From Cryomorphaceae bacterium (GTDB taxonomy: Bacteria; Bacteroidota; Bacteroidia; Flavobacteriales; Schleiferiaceae), in assembly GCA_017858515.1 (NCBI GenBank), contig JAFMBM010000008.1:1357-65356 (forward strand): 64,000 bases of DNA, in the 5' to 3' direction. The notes beneath the pieces were generated by a model. It was given only the letters and a program-made list of their open reading frames with translations. It did no database searches and had not been told where the DNA came from. The translations under genes were made by a program, and so were the position numbers. Every line of letters starts with the position of its first letter. Position 1 is the first letter of the stretch. This document shows positions 18,515 to 28,081 of the stretch, in pieces.

Positions 18515-20287
18515 CTAAATTTCGATACCCGATTCACGGATTTGCTTTTGGTAGAGCTTATAATATTCTCCCTCCGATGCAAGCAAGTCGTTGTGGGTTC
18601 CCGTTTCAACTACTTCCCCTTTATTTAAGACCAAAATGAGGTCTGCATGTTTTACAGTACTCACCCTGTGACTAATGAGCACTGTGGTTCTTTGGGCAGA
18701 AAGTCTTTTTAAGTTTTGAAGTATACTTTCTTCTGTTTCAGTGTCTACGGCAGATAGACAATCATCAAAGAGCAAGATTTGAGGATTGTGGGCAAGGGCC
18801 CTGGCGATACTAACACGCTGCTTTTGTCCACCGCTTAAGGTAATTCCGCGCTCACCAATTTTTGTTTTATATCCTTCCTGAAATTCTACGATATTGGAAT
18901 GTACCTCTGCATCTTTTGCAAATTCTTCTACCTGAGATTCATTGGGTTCATTCATGGTAAACCCAATATTGTGCGATAGACTCTCCGAAAAGAGGAAGGC
19001 ATCTTGTGGTACGTAACCAATTTTCTTTCTTAAAATACTTAGATCAAGCGATTGAATGGATTTGCCTCCAATTAAAATATCGCCAGTATTGATGTCGTAA
19101 AACCGCAAAAGAAGATTTGCTAAAGTAGATTTTCCACTTCCGGTTCTTCCCACTATGGCAAGTGTTTTTCCTTCAGGAAGTTGGAAATTCACATTCTTCA
19201 GGGCCACAATTCCTGTCTCTGGATAGGTAAAACCAACCGATTTGAACTCAATAGAGTTTGAGAAAGATTGAATGGCATTTTTAGGAGAACTAATTTCGGG
19301 TACTTCAACAAGAAATTGATTGATGCGTTCTTGAGATGCTTCAGCTCTTTGAACAATGGAGGTTACCCACCCAATAGATGCCACAGGCCAAGTAAGCATA
19401 TTGACATACAAAATGAATTCGGCAATATTTCCAGCTGAAATATCGCCGCTAATGGCTTCTATTCCTCCTACATAGATGGTAATAAGTGTGCTCAATCCGA
19501 TAAGTAGGAGCATCATCGGAAAAAAAAGAGCGTTTACCTTAAACAGTCCTTCATTTACATCTTTGTAGTTGTTGGATAGATTTTTAAACTCAGATTGAAA
19601 GTGGGATTCCTTTGTATGTGCCTTTAACACTCTAATGCCAGAAAAGGCTTCTTGAACAAAGGTTGAAATCTCACTGAGTGTTCGCTGCACCTTTTCACTC
19701 CTTTTATTGATTGTTTGGCTTATTTTGTAAATGGCAAACGATAGAAAGGGAAGGGGGAAGAGCACGAAAAACGTTAGTCGAGCATTAATGCTAATCATAA
19801 TCGCAATTACAATCACTAAGGTGAAGAAGACATTTACAGCGTACATGATCGCAGGTCCCACATACATTCGCACACGACTAACGTCTTCACTGATGCGATT
19901 CATTAGATCGCCGGTAGAATTTTTTCGGTAGAAGGAAAGAGACAATTTTTGGTAATGCTCGAATATTTCGTTCTTTAAATCATATTCAATGTATCTGCTC
20001 ACAACAATAACGGTCTGACGCATAAAGAACATAAACACTCCAGAGAGTAAGGCAGAGCCAATGATTGCAAGACCAAACCAGAATAGCTGGGTTCGCAGTA
20101 AATCTAGATTGGAAATTTCGCCAGATTGATACTCTTTAATGGCAATTTCAACCACATCAAAAGACTCTCGAACCAATTGAGCAGGAAAAACTCGGAAGAT
20201 TACAGACACGGTAACAAACAGAAATCCAATTAAAAGCCGCCATTTATATCGAAGGAAGTATTTGTTAAGATGGAGTAGTGCTTTCAT
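18515..20287 (-). CDS. ABC transporter ATP-binding protein/permease (exporter type)
   Basis: N-terminal 6-TM domain. Walker A GRTGSGKST, signature LSGGQKQR, Walker B ILLFDD. Confidence 0.9.
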   Translation of the reverse strand: MKALLHLNKYFLRYKWRLLIGFLFVTVSVIFRVFPAQLVRESFDVVEIAIKEYQSGEISNLDLLRTQLFWFGLAIIGSALLSGVFMFFMRQTVIVVSRYIEYDLKNEIFEHYQKLSLSFYRKNSTGDLMNRISEDVSRVRMYVGPAIMYAVNVFFTLVIVIAIMISINARLTFFVLFPLPFLSFAIYKISQTINKRSEKVQRTLSEISTFVQEAFSGIRVLKAHTKESHFQSEFKNLSNNYKDVNEGLFKVNALFFPMMLLLIGLSTLITIYVGGIEAISGDISAGNIAEFILYVNMLTWPVASIGWVTSIVQRAEASQERINQFLVEVPEISSPKNAIQSFSNSIEFKSVGFTYPETGIVALKNVNFQLPEGKTLAIVGRTGSGKSTLANLLLRFYDINTGDILIGGKSIQSLDLSILRKKIGYVPQDAFLFSESLSHNIGFTMNEPNESQVEEFAKDAEVHSNIVEFQEGYKTKIGERGITLSGGQKQRVSIARALAHNPQILLFDDCLSAVDTETEESILQNLKRLSAQRTTVLISHRVSTVKHADLILVLNKGEVVETGTHNDLLASEGEYYKLYQKQIRESGIEI

Positions 20288-20402
20288 ATTTCATTCTTTT
20301 CATCACTAAAGGCGCGTTTTTCAATACCTTCGCGCACCCAAAAGTGGGTCCACAAAGGTAGTCATACCTGAGTTCACTGTTTAACCATTAATTCATTTAG
20401 TC

Positions 20403-21503
20403 ATGAATTCATCTCAACCAACTTCTTCAATAGAAAGGAATAACGAGTGGGTGTTTAATAATGTGTCGTTTAAAGGACATGAGCAAGTAGTATTTTGCCA
20501 TGATGAGGAAACAGGTTTGAAGGCAATCATAGGAATACATAGTACTGTTTTGGGCCCTGCTCTGGGAGGAACAAGAATGTGGGCCTATGAAAATGAAGGC
20601 GATGCTCTGCGCGATGTTCTTCGTCTAAGTAGAGGAATGACCTTTAAGGCTGCCATATCTGGCCTTAATTTAGGTGGAGGGAAGGCGGTAATTATAGGCG
20701 ACGCACGCACTCAAAAGTCGGAGGCTATGATGGAGGCCTTTGGTCGATTTGTAAATAGCCTTTCAGGAAGATATATCACAGCAGAGGATGTTGGAATTAA
20801 TACGTCGGATATGGTTTCTGTTAAGAAATTTACAGACCATGTAACAGGCATTCCAGAATCCATGGGCGGAAGTGGAGATCCTTCTCCAGTTACTGCTTTT
20901 GGTGTTTTCAATGGAATGAAAGCAGCGGCTGCATTTCATTGGGGGAACGACTCTTTGGAAGGTAAAAAAGTCTTGGTTCAAGGCGTTGGACATGTGGGTG
21001 AAACCTTAGTAAAACATCTCACCGAGGCAGGTGCTAAAGTGATGATTAGCGATATCTACGCCGATCGATTAGACCATATATCTTCTGTTTATGGTGCTCA
21101 AATTTGCCCGGTTGATAAGGTCTATGAAGCAGATATGGACATTTACGCGCCCTGCGCTTTAGGAGCTACTTTGAATGATAAAACCATTCCTTTAATAAAG
21201 GCCTCCATCGTAGCAGGTGCCGCCAACAACCAATTGGCAGATGAGAACATACATGGAAAAATGTTAAAGGAAAGAGGAATTGTATACGCCCCAGATTTTC
21301 TTATCAATGCGGGTGGTTTGATTAATGTATATTCAGAAATTGCGCACTACAGTCTTGAAGAATCTCTGAAGAAGGCAGCGGCAATACGCGATACCACTTT
21401 TTGGATTTTAGAAAAAGCGGCATCATTGAATATTACTCCTCATGAAGCAGCATTGCAAACAGCCGCAGAACGTGTGGCAGCTGCAAAAATGAAAATGGCC
21501 TAG
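20403..21503 (+). CDS. Leu/Phe/Val dehydrogenase family (leucine dehydrogenase-like)
   Basis: Catalytic-lysine region GLNLGGGKAVIIGD and NAD fold VLVQGVGHVGETL. 366 aa. Confidence 0.85.
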   Translation: MNSSQPTSSIERNNEWVFNNVSFKGHEQVVFCHDEETGLKAIIGIHSTVLGPALGGTRMWAYENEGDALRDVLRLSRGMTFKAAISGLNLGGGKAVIIGDARTQKSEAMMEAFGRFVNSLSGRYITAEDVGINTSDMVSVKKFTDHVTGIPESMGGSGDPSPVTAFGVFNGMKAAAAFHWGNDSLEGKKVLVQGVGHVGETLVKHLTEAGAKVMISDIYADRLDHISSVYGAQICPVDKVYEADMDIYAPCALGATLNDKTIPLIKASIVAGAANNQLADENIHGKMLKERGIVYAPDFLINAGGLINVYSEIAHYSLEESLKKAAAIRDTTFWILEKAASLNITPHEAALQTAAERVAAAKMKMA

Positions 21504-21524
21504 TAATCGAATTGAAATTATAAA

Positions 21525-22472
21525 ATGCTTTCACGCAGACATATACGAATTAAGGTATTCCAATCCCTTTACGCTTATTTTCAGGAAGATAATCCAGATA
21601 GCGTTGCCGTTGAAAAGCAGCTAAATAAATCTATCGATCGGATTTATGAATTGTATATGTACGAATTACGTCTACTTTATGAGTTAAAACTTGCAGCAGA
21701 ACATTTCATAGATCTTGCTCTGAATAAAAAGTTGCCAACTCATTCGGATTTAGATCCAAATAGACGTTTTGTTGACAATCAAGTTCTCAAGATCTTTTTT
21801 GAAGACGATGGCTTTATTGCCGCTTGCGAAAAGTATAATGTTAGCTGGTCCGAAGAACGACACTTTACCAGAAGCCTTTATCAAGAACTGAAGAATTCAG
21901 ACTTGTTTAAGGCTTATATGGATAAACCCAATACCAGTTTTTCTGAAGATAAGGCCTTCTTGAGGGAGGTATATGAGGTTTTCATCGTGCACAATGAAGA
22001 TTTGTACAATTTGTACGAAGAAAAGAATTTGTATTGGGCCGATGATTTGGATGCAGCTCAAATGATGGTAGACAAAACCTTCAAGAAATTGAAGTTAGCC
22101 GACCTCAGAAGCCCAGCACTCGTGAAATTGTTCAAAGATGCAGACGATGAGACTTTTGCTTCTAAACTCTTTCGTTACACACTAAAAACTTCTGCAGAAA
22201 CTCAGAACAGAATTGCGACTAAAGCCCAGAATTGGGAAATGGATCGAATAGCGGCGATTGATGTGATATTAATGAAAATGGCAGTGGCAGAATTCATTCA
22301 TTTTGAGACTATTCCTTTGAAGGTGAGCATGAATGAATACATTGAGCTATCGAAGGGATATAGTACTCCAAAGAGCAGTCTTTTCATAAATGGAATCCTA
22401 GATCGGATTCTCAATAACTTGAAAGAAGAAGGAAAGATCAAAAAAATTGGAAGAGGCTTGCTAGAGACGTAA
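21525..22472 (+). CDS. nusB: Transcription antitermination factor NusB (long Bacteroidota form)
   Basis: MLSRRHIRIKVFQSLYAY N-terminus and C-terminal DRIAAIDVILMKMAVAEF...INGILDRI NusB core. Confidence 0.85.
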   Translation: MLSRRHIRIKVFQSLYAYFQEDNPDSVAVEKQLNKSIDRIYELYMYELRLLYELKLAAEHFIDLALNKKLPTHSDLDPNRRFVDNQVLKIFFEDDGFIAACEKYNVSWSEERHFTRSLYQELKNSDLFKAYMDKPNTSFSEDKAFLREVYEVFIVHNEDLYNLYEEKNLYWADDLDAAQMMVDKTFKKLKLADLRSPALVKLFKDADDETFASKLFRYTLKTSAETQNRIATKAQNWEMDRIAAIDVILMKMAVAEFIHFETIPLKVSMNEYIELSKGYSTPKSSLFINGILDRILNNLKEEGKIKKIGRGLLET

Positions 22473-22499
22473 TTTTGTACCCAAACTAAAATAAAAAAA

Positions 22500-22952
22500 A
22501 TGAAAAGAATAATTCTTTTATCCACTATAGTGGCCTTAGGATTTACTGGTTGTAATGATGCAACTAGCCGAATCAATGCTTCAGATAGTGATGCTGCAAA
22601 TGCTGTACAAACCCAAACAGGCACTCCTAAATTCGAGTTTGACAGCGAAACGGTAGATTTCGGTCAGATCAATGAAGGAGAAACCAAAGAGCATGTATTC
22701 AAATTCAAGAATGTAGGCGATGCTCCTCTGATTATATCCAATGCACAAGGTAGTTGTGGTTGTACTGTTCCACAGTTCTCAAGAACACCTATTGCTCCTG
22801 GAGAGTCAGGCGAGATTAAGGTTTCTTTCAATAGCCAAGGCAAAGGAGGTATGCAGGATAAAACGGTTACTCTTAGCGCAAACACAGTTCCAAACAACTA
22901 TGTTTTGCATGTTGTTTCTGAAGTAATCCCTCAAGCAGCTCCTGCAGAATGA
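22500..22952 (+). CDS. DUF1573 domain-containing lipoprotein
   Basis: Lipobox LGFTGC. FKFKNVGDAPLIISNAQGSCGCTVP motif typical of DUF1573. Confidence 0.75.
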   Translation: MKRIILLSTIVALGFTGCNDATSRINASDSDAANAVQTQTGTPKFEFDSETVDFGQINEGETKEHVFKFKNVGDAPLIISNAQGSCGCTVPQFSRTPIAPGESGEIKVSFNSQGKGGMQDKTVTLSANTVPNNYVLHVVSEVIPQAAPAE

Positions 22953-23266
22953 TTTTAACTCTATTTCTTCAGCAAGAAGGTCAAGGTTTGCAATCTATCT
23001 TAATGTTTGGGTTGCTATTGGTAGTGATGTATTTCTTCTTCTTTCGACCTCAGATTAAAAAGCAAAAGGAGGAAGGAAAATTTCAGACCGAAATTACCAA
23101 AGGAATGCGCATTGTAACGAGTTCAGGAATTCACGGTAAGATTTTAGAGGTTCAGGATAAACACATTATCATTGAAAGCGAGAACACTCGGTTGAAATTA
23201 GAAAAATCTGCTATTTCTAGAGAACTCAGTGCACAGTATCTTCCAAAAAAGGAAGAAACAAAATGA
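22949..23266 (+). CDS. yajC: Preprotein translocase subunit YajC
   Basis: Single TM followed by FFFFRPQIKKQKE and G..V.T.GI.G.I core. Confidence 0.85.
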   Translation: MILTLFLQQEGQGLQSILMFGLLLVVMYFFFFRPQIKKQKEEGKFQTEITKGMRIVTSSGIHGKILEVQDKHIIIESENTRLKLEKSAISRELSAQYLPKKEETK

Positions 23267-23307
23267 TTTTCCTTTAGGTTGAATTTGCCTAATTAGTTTT
23301 TGCATCT

Positions 23308-24258
23308 TTGAGCGTGCTACGCCGAATTCAAAAACACCCTAGGATATTTTTCTTTATCATATCGGTCCTGTTGTGGATGTTTGCAAAACTTTCACAGCAG
23401 GACCTTTATGTTTCTCTAAACTACAATATTGAGTATTCGGGCGCTCCCGAAGATTGGGTTGAACGCAGCGGATTGCCTAGGAAGGCGGAAGCCTTAGTTG
23501 AAGGCAGTGGATTCTCGGTCTTAGGCCAATGGATGGATCCTTTTAGATCCGCACAAATCAATCTTTCCAAACTCTTGCCAAGCGACTTCCAGTTTAGCGA
23601 CCAAGGATCAATTTCAGATAGTCTGTTAAAGACTTCCTTGTCATTAAACCATTCAAGTACAATACGTCATAAATGGATTTGGATTAAAGGATTGGAGTTT
23701 GAATGGCCTGAATTAGTCCGAAAAAAGCTTGAGTTAAATGTCGACTACAAAGGAGAGCTCGAAAAGAAGGGGTATAGCTTCATTGCAAATTCTATTGTAG
23801 ACTCTTTATCGATCGTTGCTCCAAAAGCCTATTTAGATTCAATTTCAAATTATAAATGGATAGCTCTGTATTCAGGAAAGTTCAAAGGACGAGGAGAGCA
23901 TAATCTGATTTTTGAAATTGAGAATCCTTTTCCTAAACATATTTTAATAGAACCTAAGAGCTTTGAGGCGAAGGTTGAAATTCGCAGAACTACTACTCTA
24001 AAACGCAGAGTACCTATTGTTGCAAGGGGATTTAATCCATCTAATACTTTAGAAATGGTTCCTGCTTTTATTGAATGTACTTTGGTGGTGGAGTTCGGTG
24101 AGTATGAAGAAATGCTCTCAATTCCAATATTCGCTTTTGTTCATAAAAACCAGATTAGCGATGGGAGAGCACCCATTGAGTTAGAGTTTCCTGAAGGAGC
24201 AAGTATGGCCTTATTAACTACAGATGTGAGCTCTACCCAAGTTTTTATACTAGAATGA
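23308..24258 (+). CDS. Hypothetical membrane-anchored protein (YbbR-like by context)
   Basis: 316-aa ORF with N-terminal TM (IFFFIISVLLWMF), located between yajC and coaE. The family assignment rests on context and size only. The TTG start is uncertain. Confidence 0.4.
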   Translation: MSVLRRIQKHPRIFFFIISVLLWMFAKLSQQDLYVSLNYNIEYSGAPEDWVERSGLPRKAEALVEGSGFSVLGQWMDPFRSAQINLSKLLPSDFQFSDQGSISDSLLKTSLSLNHSSTIRHKWIWIKGLEFEWPELVRKKLELNVDYKGELEKKGYSFIANSIVDSLSIVAPKAYLDSISNYKWIALYSGKFKGRGEHNLIFEIENPFPKHILIEPKSFEAKVEIRRTTTLKRRVPIVARGFNPSNTLEMVPAFIECTLVVEFGEYEEMLSIPIFAFVHKNQISDGRAPIELEFPEGASMALLTTDVSSTQVFILE

Positions 24259-24860
24259 ATGTCGTTGGACTAACAGGAGGTATTGGAAGCGGAAAGTCTA
24301 TAGTCGCTCAAGTTTTCAGTCAGTTGGGAATTTGTGTGTACGATTCTGACCAAAGGGCCAAAGAACTTTATTTCAAAGACTTTATTAGAAAGAGGGTAAT
24401 AGAACTATTGGGTGAACTGTCCTTTAAAGAGGCTAATCCTGATTTTGCGTTTATTTCATCTAAAGTTTTTTCAGACCCTCTTCTTTTAAATGAATTAAAT
24501 GCCATTATCCATCCTGCTGTAAAGGAGGATTTTAAACTTTGGTTGGATGAAAAGGCCCATCAGGGAGAGTCTTGGGTTCTAAAGGAATCTGCTCTTTTAA
24601 TTGAAACCAAAGCATATGAAAAATGCCATTCGGTTATTTTAGTAAGCAGTCCTGAAGAAATTAGGATTGAAAGAGTAATGCTGAGAAATTCTTTTAGTAA
24701 GGAAGAAGTGAAAAGAAGAATTCAGAATCAAATTGGTGATGATGCTCGAATGCCTCATGCTGAATTCTGTATTAATAATGATGGACAAACAGCACTTATA
24801 CCTCAAATTGTGAATATTTATAAAATTCTAAATTCAAGATTTGGAAATTCTCACTCTTGA
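24255..24860 (+). CDS. coaE: Dephospho-CoA kinase
   Basis: P-loop VGLTGGIGSGKS at the N-terminus. 201 aa. Confidence 0.9.
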   Translation: MNVVGLTGGIGSGKSIVAQVFSQLGICVYDSDQRAKELYFKDFIRKRVIELLGELSFKEANPDFAFISSKVFSDPLLLNELNAIIHPAVKEDFKLWLDEKAHQGESWVLKESALLIETKAYEKCHSVILVSSPEEIRIERVMLRNSFSKEEVKRRIQNQIGDDARMPHAEFCINNDGQTALIPQIVNIYKILNSRFGNSHS

Positions 24861-26301
24861 TCAGATTAAGTTAGCAGATCGTTTTACAATAGAAAACGAG
24901 AATATTCACTCCTACACTTTAATGGAGAGAGTGGCTTTGAATTGTGCAGAAAGACTAATTCAACTCGTTCCCAAAAAGAGTTCTTTCTTTTTCTATTGTG
25001 GTCAAGGAAACAATGGTGGAGATGGGCTTTTGATTGCCAAATACTTACGAAAAGAGGGGTATGATGTGCAAGTATTTGTTATTCAGCACACTGAATCGCC
25101 TTCGGAAGATTTTATTAGAGCTTCAAAAGAAGTGTCTCACCAACTTATTGTTAAGGCTGAAGATTGGGTCTTACCAAATCCTGCCACACTGATTATTGAT
25201 GCCATTCTAGGTACCGGTTTAAAGCGTTCACTTTCAGGTTTATTGGCCGGAATTGTAAATAGATTAAACGAGTTACCTAATGCAATTATCTCAATCGACA
25301 TTCCTTCAGGTCTTTCTTGCGATGGTGATTTTAACGGATTTCCTGCTATTTATGCTAGACATACTTTAACTATACAATGGTTGAAGTTGGCTTTAGTATT
25401 GCCTCCACAAAATAGCCACAGCGAAAGTTTTGAAGTTATTGAGGCAAACATCCTAAATCCCAATCCAACCAATAGAATTGAATTTATAACTGCAAAGGGT
25501 ATCGCTCCTCTAATTGAAAGACGAAGCACGTTTGCATACAAAGGAGAGTTCGGAAATCTTCTTGTTTTAGCTGGATCAAAAAAATACACGGGGGCCGCTG
25601 TTCTATGCACGCATTCAGCACTTAGGTCTGGAGTTGGGAAGGTGAGTATTTGTTCTGATGATACCACTCTTTCTGTAATGCGAGCCTCTTTGCCTGAAGC
25701 CATTACACTAGCAGAATGGCCAGATAACTTTGAATTATATACTTCTATTTTAATAGGTCCTGGTATCGAAGTAACGGAACGCTCGGGCCAACTTTTAAAA
25801 CGTATTTTGCTGGAATTCAAGCGACCTATTGTGCTTGATGCGGACGCCATTTCGCTATTGTCTGTTCATAAAGATTGGCAAAGTTTAATTCCTAAAGGAA
25901 GTGTTTTGACACCACATTTAGGTGAGTTTAAACGGTTGTTTGGTTGCGATTTCTCGAATTCGAATGGAATGGAGAGGGCTATGAGTTTCTGTAAACAACA
26001 CGATTGTATAATGGTAGTGAAGGGACCCTATACTCTGGTATGTGGTCCTGATGGAAGGTCTTATTTCAATTCAACTGGTAATCCGGGTTTAGCAAAAGGA
26101 GGCAGTGGAGACGTACTAGCAGGATTAATTGCGGGTTTAATTGGTCGTGGATACTCTTCAGTTATTGCATCGAAAATCGGGACATATATTCACGGATTTA
26201 GCGCAGATCTAGTTGCAAAAGACATGGACGTGGAATCTATGTTGCCATCGGATGTTATTGCCCGTTTCTCAGATGCTTTTAAGGAGCTAAAAGAAAATTA
26301 A
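24841..26301 (+). CDS. nnr: Bifunctional NAD(P)H-hydrate epimerase / ADP-dependent dehydratase
   Basis: YjeF-N motif CGQGNNGGDG and C-terminal kinase-fold motif GGSGDVLAGLIAGL. TTG start overlaps coaE by 20 nt. Confidence 0.85.
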   Translation: MEILTLDQIKLADRFTIENENIHSYTLMERVALNCAERLIQLVPKKSSFFFYCGQGNNGGDGLLIAKYLRKEGYDVQVFVIQHTESPSEDFIRASKEVSHQLIVKAEDWVLPNPATLIIDAILGTGLKRSLSGLLAGIVNRLNELPNAIISIDIPSGLSCDGDFNGFPAIYARHTLTIQWLKLALVLPPQNSHSESFEVIEANILNPNPTNRIEFITAKGIAPLIERRSTFAYKGEFGNLLVLAGSKKYTGAAVLCTHSALRSGVGKVSICSDDTTLSVMRASLPEAITLAEWPDNFELYTSILIGPGIEVTERSGQLLKRILLEFKRPIVLDADAISLLSVHKDWQSLIPKGSVLTPHLGEFKRLFGCDFSNSNGMERAMSFCKQHDCIMVVKGPYTLVCGPDGRSYFNSTGNPGLAKGGSGDVLAGLIAGLIGRGYSSVIASKIGTYIHGFSADLVAKDMDVESMLPSDVIARFSDAFKELKEN

Positions 26302-26834
26302 CGATAAGAATTGGCAGATGCAGGGGTTGGCGCAGTGGGTCGGTTTTCGTTAATGCCTGTTTTTAAATAGTGCATTATTAGTTTCTCGTAATTGTTGTTG
26401 TACACTCGTTGTAGATCTCTATTGTTTTCTGCGTAATAGCGTACATTGAAATTTGGATGACTACTTAATCCGTTTTTTATTCCGACAGTTAGCCAATGCT
26501 TTGTTGCTTCTCTGTAGTTCTTTGCTCCAATTTTTTTAGCCAAATCTGGATTTTTGGCCAAATAATATTTCACATCAAATACACCTGAACTGCTTCTTCC
26601 TTGGTCCATTCCAATTTTTTGCCAATGCTCTAATGCACTCATATTGCTTTGCTCAAAATCAGGATTAATACGCTCATAATACTTTTCTTCAAACACAGGC
26701 AGTTTGTCCCAAGCAGTTTCCCATTCGGTAAGGCTATAAATGCTAAATGAGGTGAAAGAGAGTACTGTAAGTAACAAAGGAAAAAGGGCGTACATTCTTT
26801 TCTCCCAGATATATTTTCTTATGGAGTTCATCAT
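26298..26834 (-). CDS. Membrane-anchored protein made of three NPD-type repeat modules
   Basis: N-terminal TM, then three ~40-aa modules: YYERINPDF...ALEHWQKIGMDQGR, YYLAKNPDL...ATKHWLTVGIKNG and YYAENNRDL...LIMHYLKTGINENR. Confidence 0.6.
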   Translation of the reverse strand: MMNSIRKYIWEKRMYALFPLLLTVLSFTSFSIYSLTEWETAWDKLPVFEEKYYERINPDFEQSNMSALEHWQKIGMDQGRSSSGVFDVKYYLAKNPDLAKKIGAKNYREATKHWLTVGIKNGLSSHPNFNVRYYAENNRDLQRVYNNNYEKLIMHYLKTGINENRPTAPTPASANSYR

Positions 26835-28081
26835 GTAATGTGAATAACGGTCATAATTACTTTTCCGTTTAATTCAGTTCCAAGTTTTGGAAAATTTTCA
26901 GAATTTGAGGCCCAATTAGCACGGGAATAGAAGGTTGAATCCTTTGGTTGGAAAAGGGTGTAATCTGATTTTTCTCCTTCAATGAATTGAGGTGAACCCA
27001 TTTGAAGTATATTTCTTGGGTTTGAACTTAGAAGCTCTACAATTCTCTCTTCTGGCAACGATGGAATGGCCTCTAAAAGTAAGCTGAAGGAAGCTTGGAT
27101 ACTAGAAATGCCCGGTTTAGCTAAGTGAAACTCACATTGTTTGCTTTCGATTTCTTGAGGGTCATGATCTGAAGAGACGACATCAATGAGTCCGCTTTTT
27201 ACGGCATCAATCAGCTTCTTCTGAGTTTCTTCATTTCCTAAAGGTGGAGAAAGTTTAAAATTAGAATCGTAGTCTAAAATTTCTTTGTCGTTGAATAGCA
27301 AATGGGCAACAGAAACATCTGCTGTAATTGGAAGACCCTTTTCTTTAAGGCTTTTCAACACTTCCAATCCACTAATAGTACTAATGGAAGTTAAATGTAC
27401 CTTACAATTCGTATATTCTATAATTCTTGCAATTCTTTCAATTCCAATTGTTTCGGAGAATTCGGGAGTACTTTGTATACCCGCTAGAGTACTGTGAATT
27501 CCTTCGCGAACATCGCCATACTTAGACAAAAAAGCATCATCAGGACGGATGAAGACAACACTATCTGTTGATGAGGCATATTGAAGAGCGGTTTTAAGAA
27601 AAACGGTATCAGCAATGGGTAAGCCCCCGTCCGAAAAAGCCACACAACCTGCTTGTTTCAGATCATTTAACTCAGCCATTTCCTTCCCTTGCATTCCGGC
27701 ACTTAGCGAACCAATCGGCAAAACCTTTGACGGAAGATTCTTCGATTTTTCGAGTAAATAGCGAACACCTGTTCTATTGTCTAAACAAGGCGAGCCATGA
27801 GGAAGTGCACCAACATGAGTATAGCCTCCCAAAGCTGCAGCCTGCGTTCCACTTTTCAAATCTTCTTTCTCCGGAAATCCCGGATCATAAAATTTAGCTC
27901 TTAATTCAACCCATCCTGGTGAAATCATTAAGCCTTCCTCTAGAATCTGGTCTCCTTCTTTAGAGGTTACAGAATTACCTATTGCTATTAAGTTGGATTT
28001 AGAAAATCGAAGATTGGTCGTTACTCCGTTCCAAGTACTACCAGGACATACAATTTTAACATGAGGTAGAAAATAGTTCAT
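26831..28081 (-). CDS. Dihydroorotase-like protein with degenerate metal site (probably non-catalytic)
   Basis: Clear amidohydrolase/DHOase similarity (SPGWVEL..., AAALGGYTHV, SSDHDPQ). However, the HxH box is replaced by ELRAKFYDPG and later His ligands are also substituted. Confidence 0.75.
   Translation of the reverse strand: MNYFLPHVKIVCPGSTWNGVTTNLRFSKSNLIAIGNSVTSKEGDQILEEGLMISPGWVELRAKFYDPGFPEKEDLKSGTQAAALGGYTHVGALPHGSPCLDNRTGVRYLLEKSKNLPSKVLPIGSLSAGMQGKEMAELNDLKQAGCVAFSDGGLPIADTVFLKTALQYASSTDSVVFIRPDDAFLSKYGDVREGIHSTLAGIQSTPEFSETIGIERIARIIEYTNCKVHLTSISTISGLEVLKSLKEKGLPITADVSVAHLLFNDKEILDYDSNFKLSPPLGNEETQKKLIDAVKSGLIDVVSSDHDPQEIESKQCEFHLAKPGISSIQASFSLLLEAIPSLPEERIVELLSSNPRNILQMGSPQFIEGEKSDYTLFQPKDSTFYSRANWASNSENFPKLGTELNGKVIMTVIHIT

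Noticed and set aside
25350-25850. 166-aa antisense ORF inside nnr. Similar shadow ORFs occur at 52019..52423, 51702..51995, 41881..42234, 39580..39927, 6030..6374 and 5388..5675.
   Set aside because: All are antisense to genes with clear family motifs. No independent signals.
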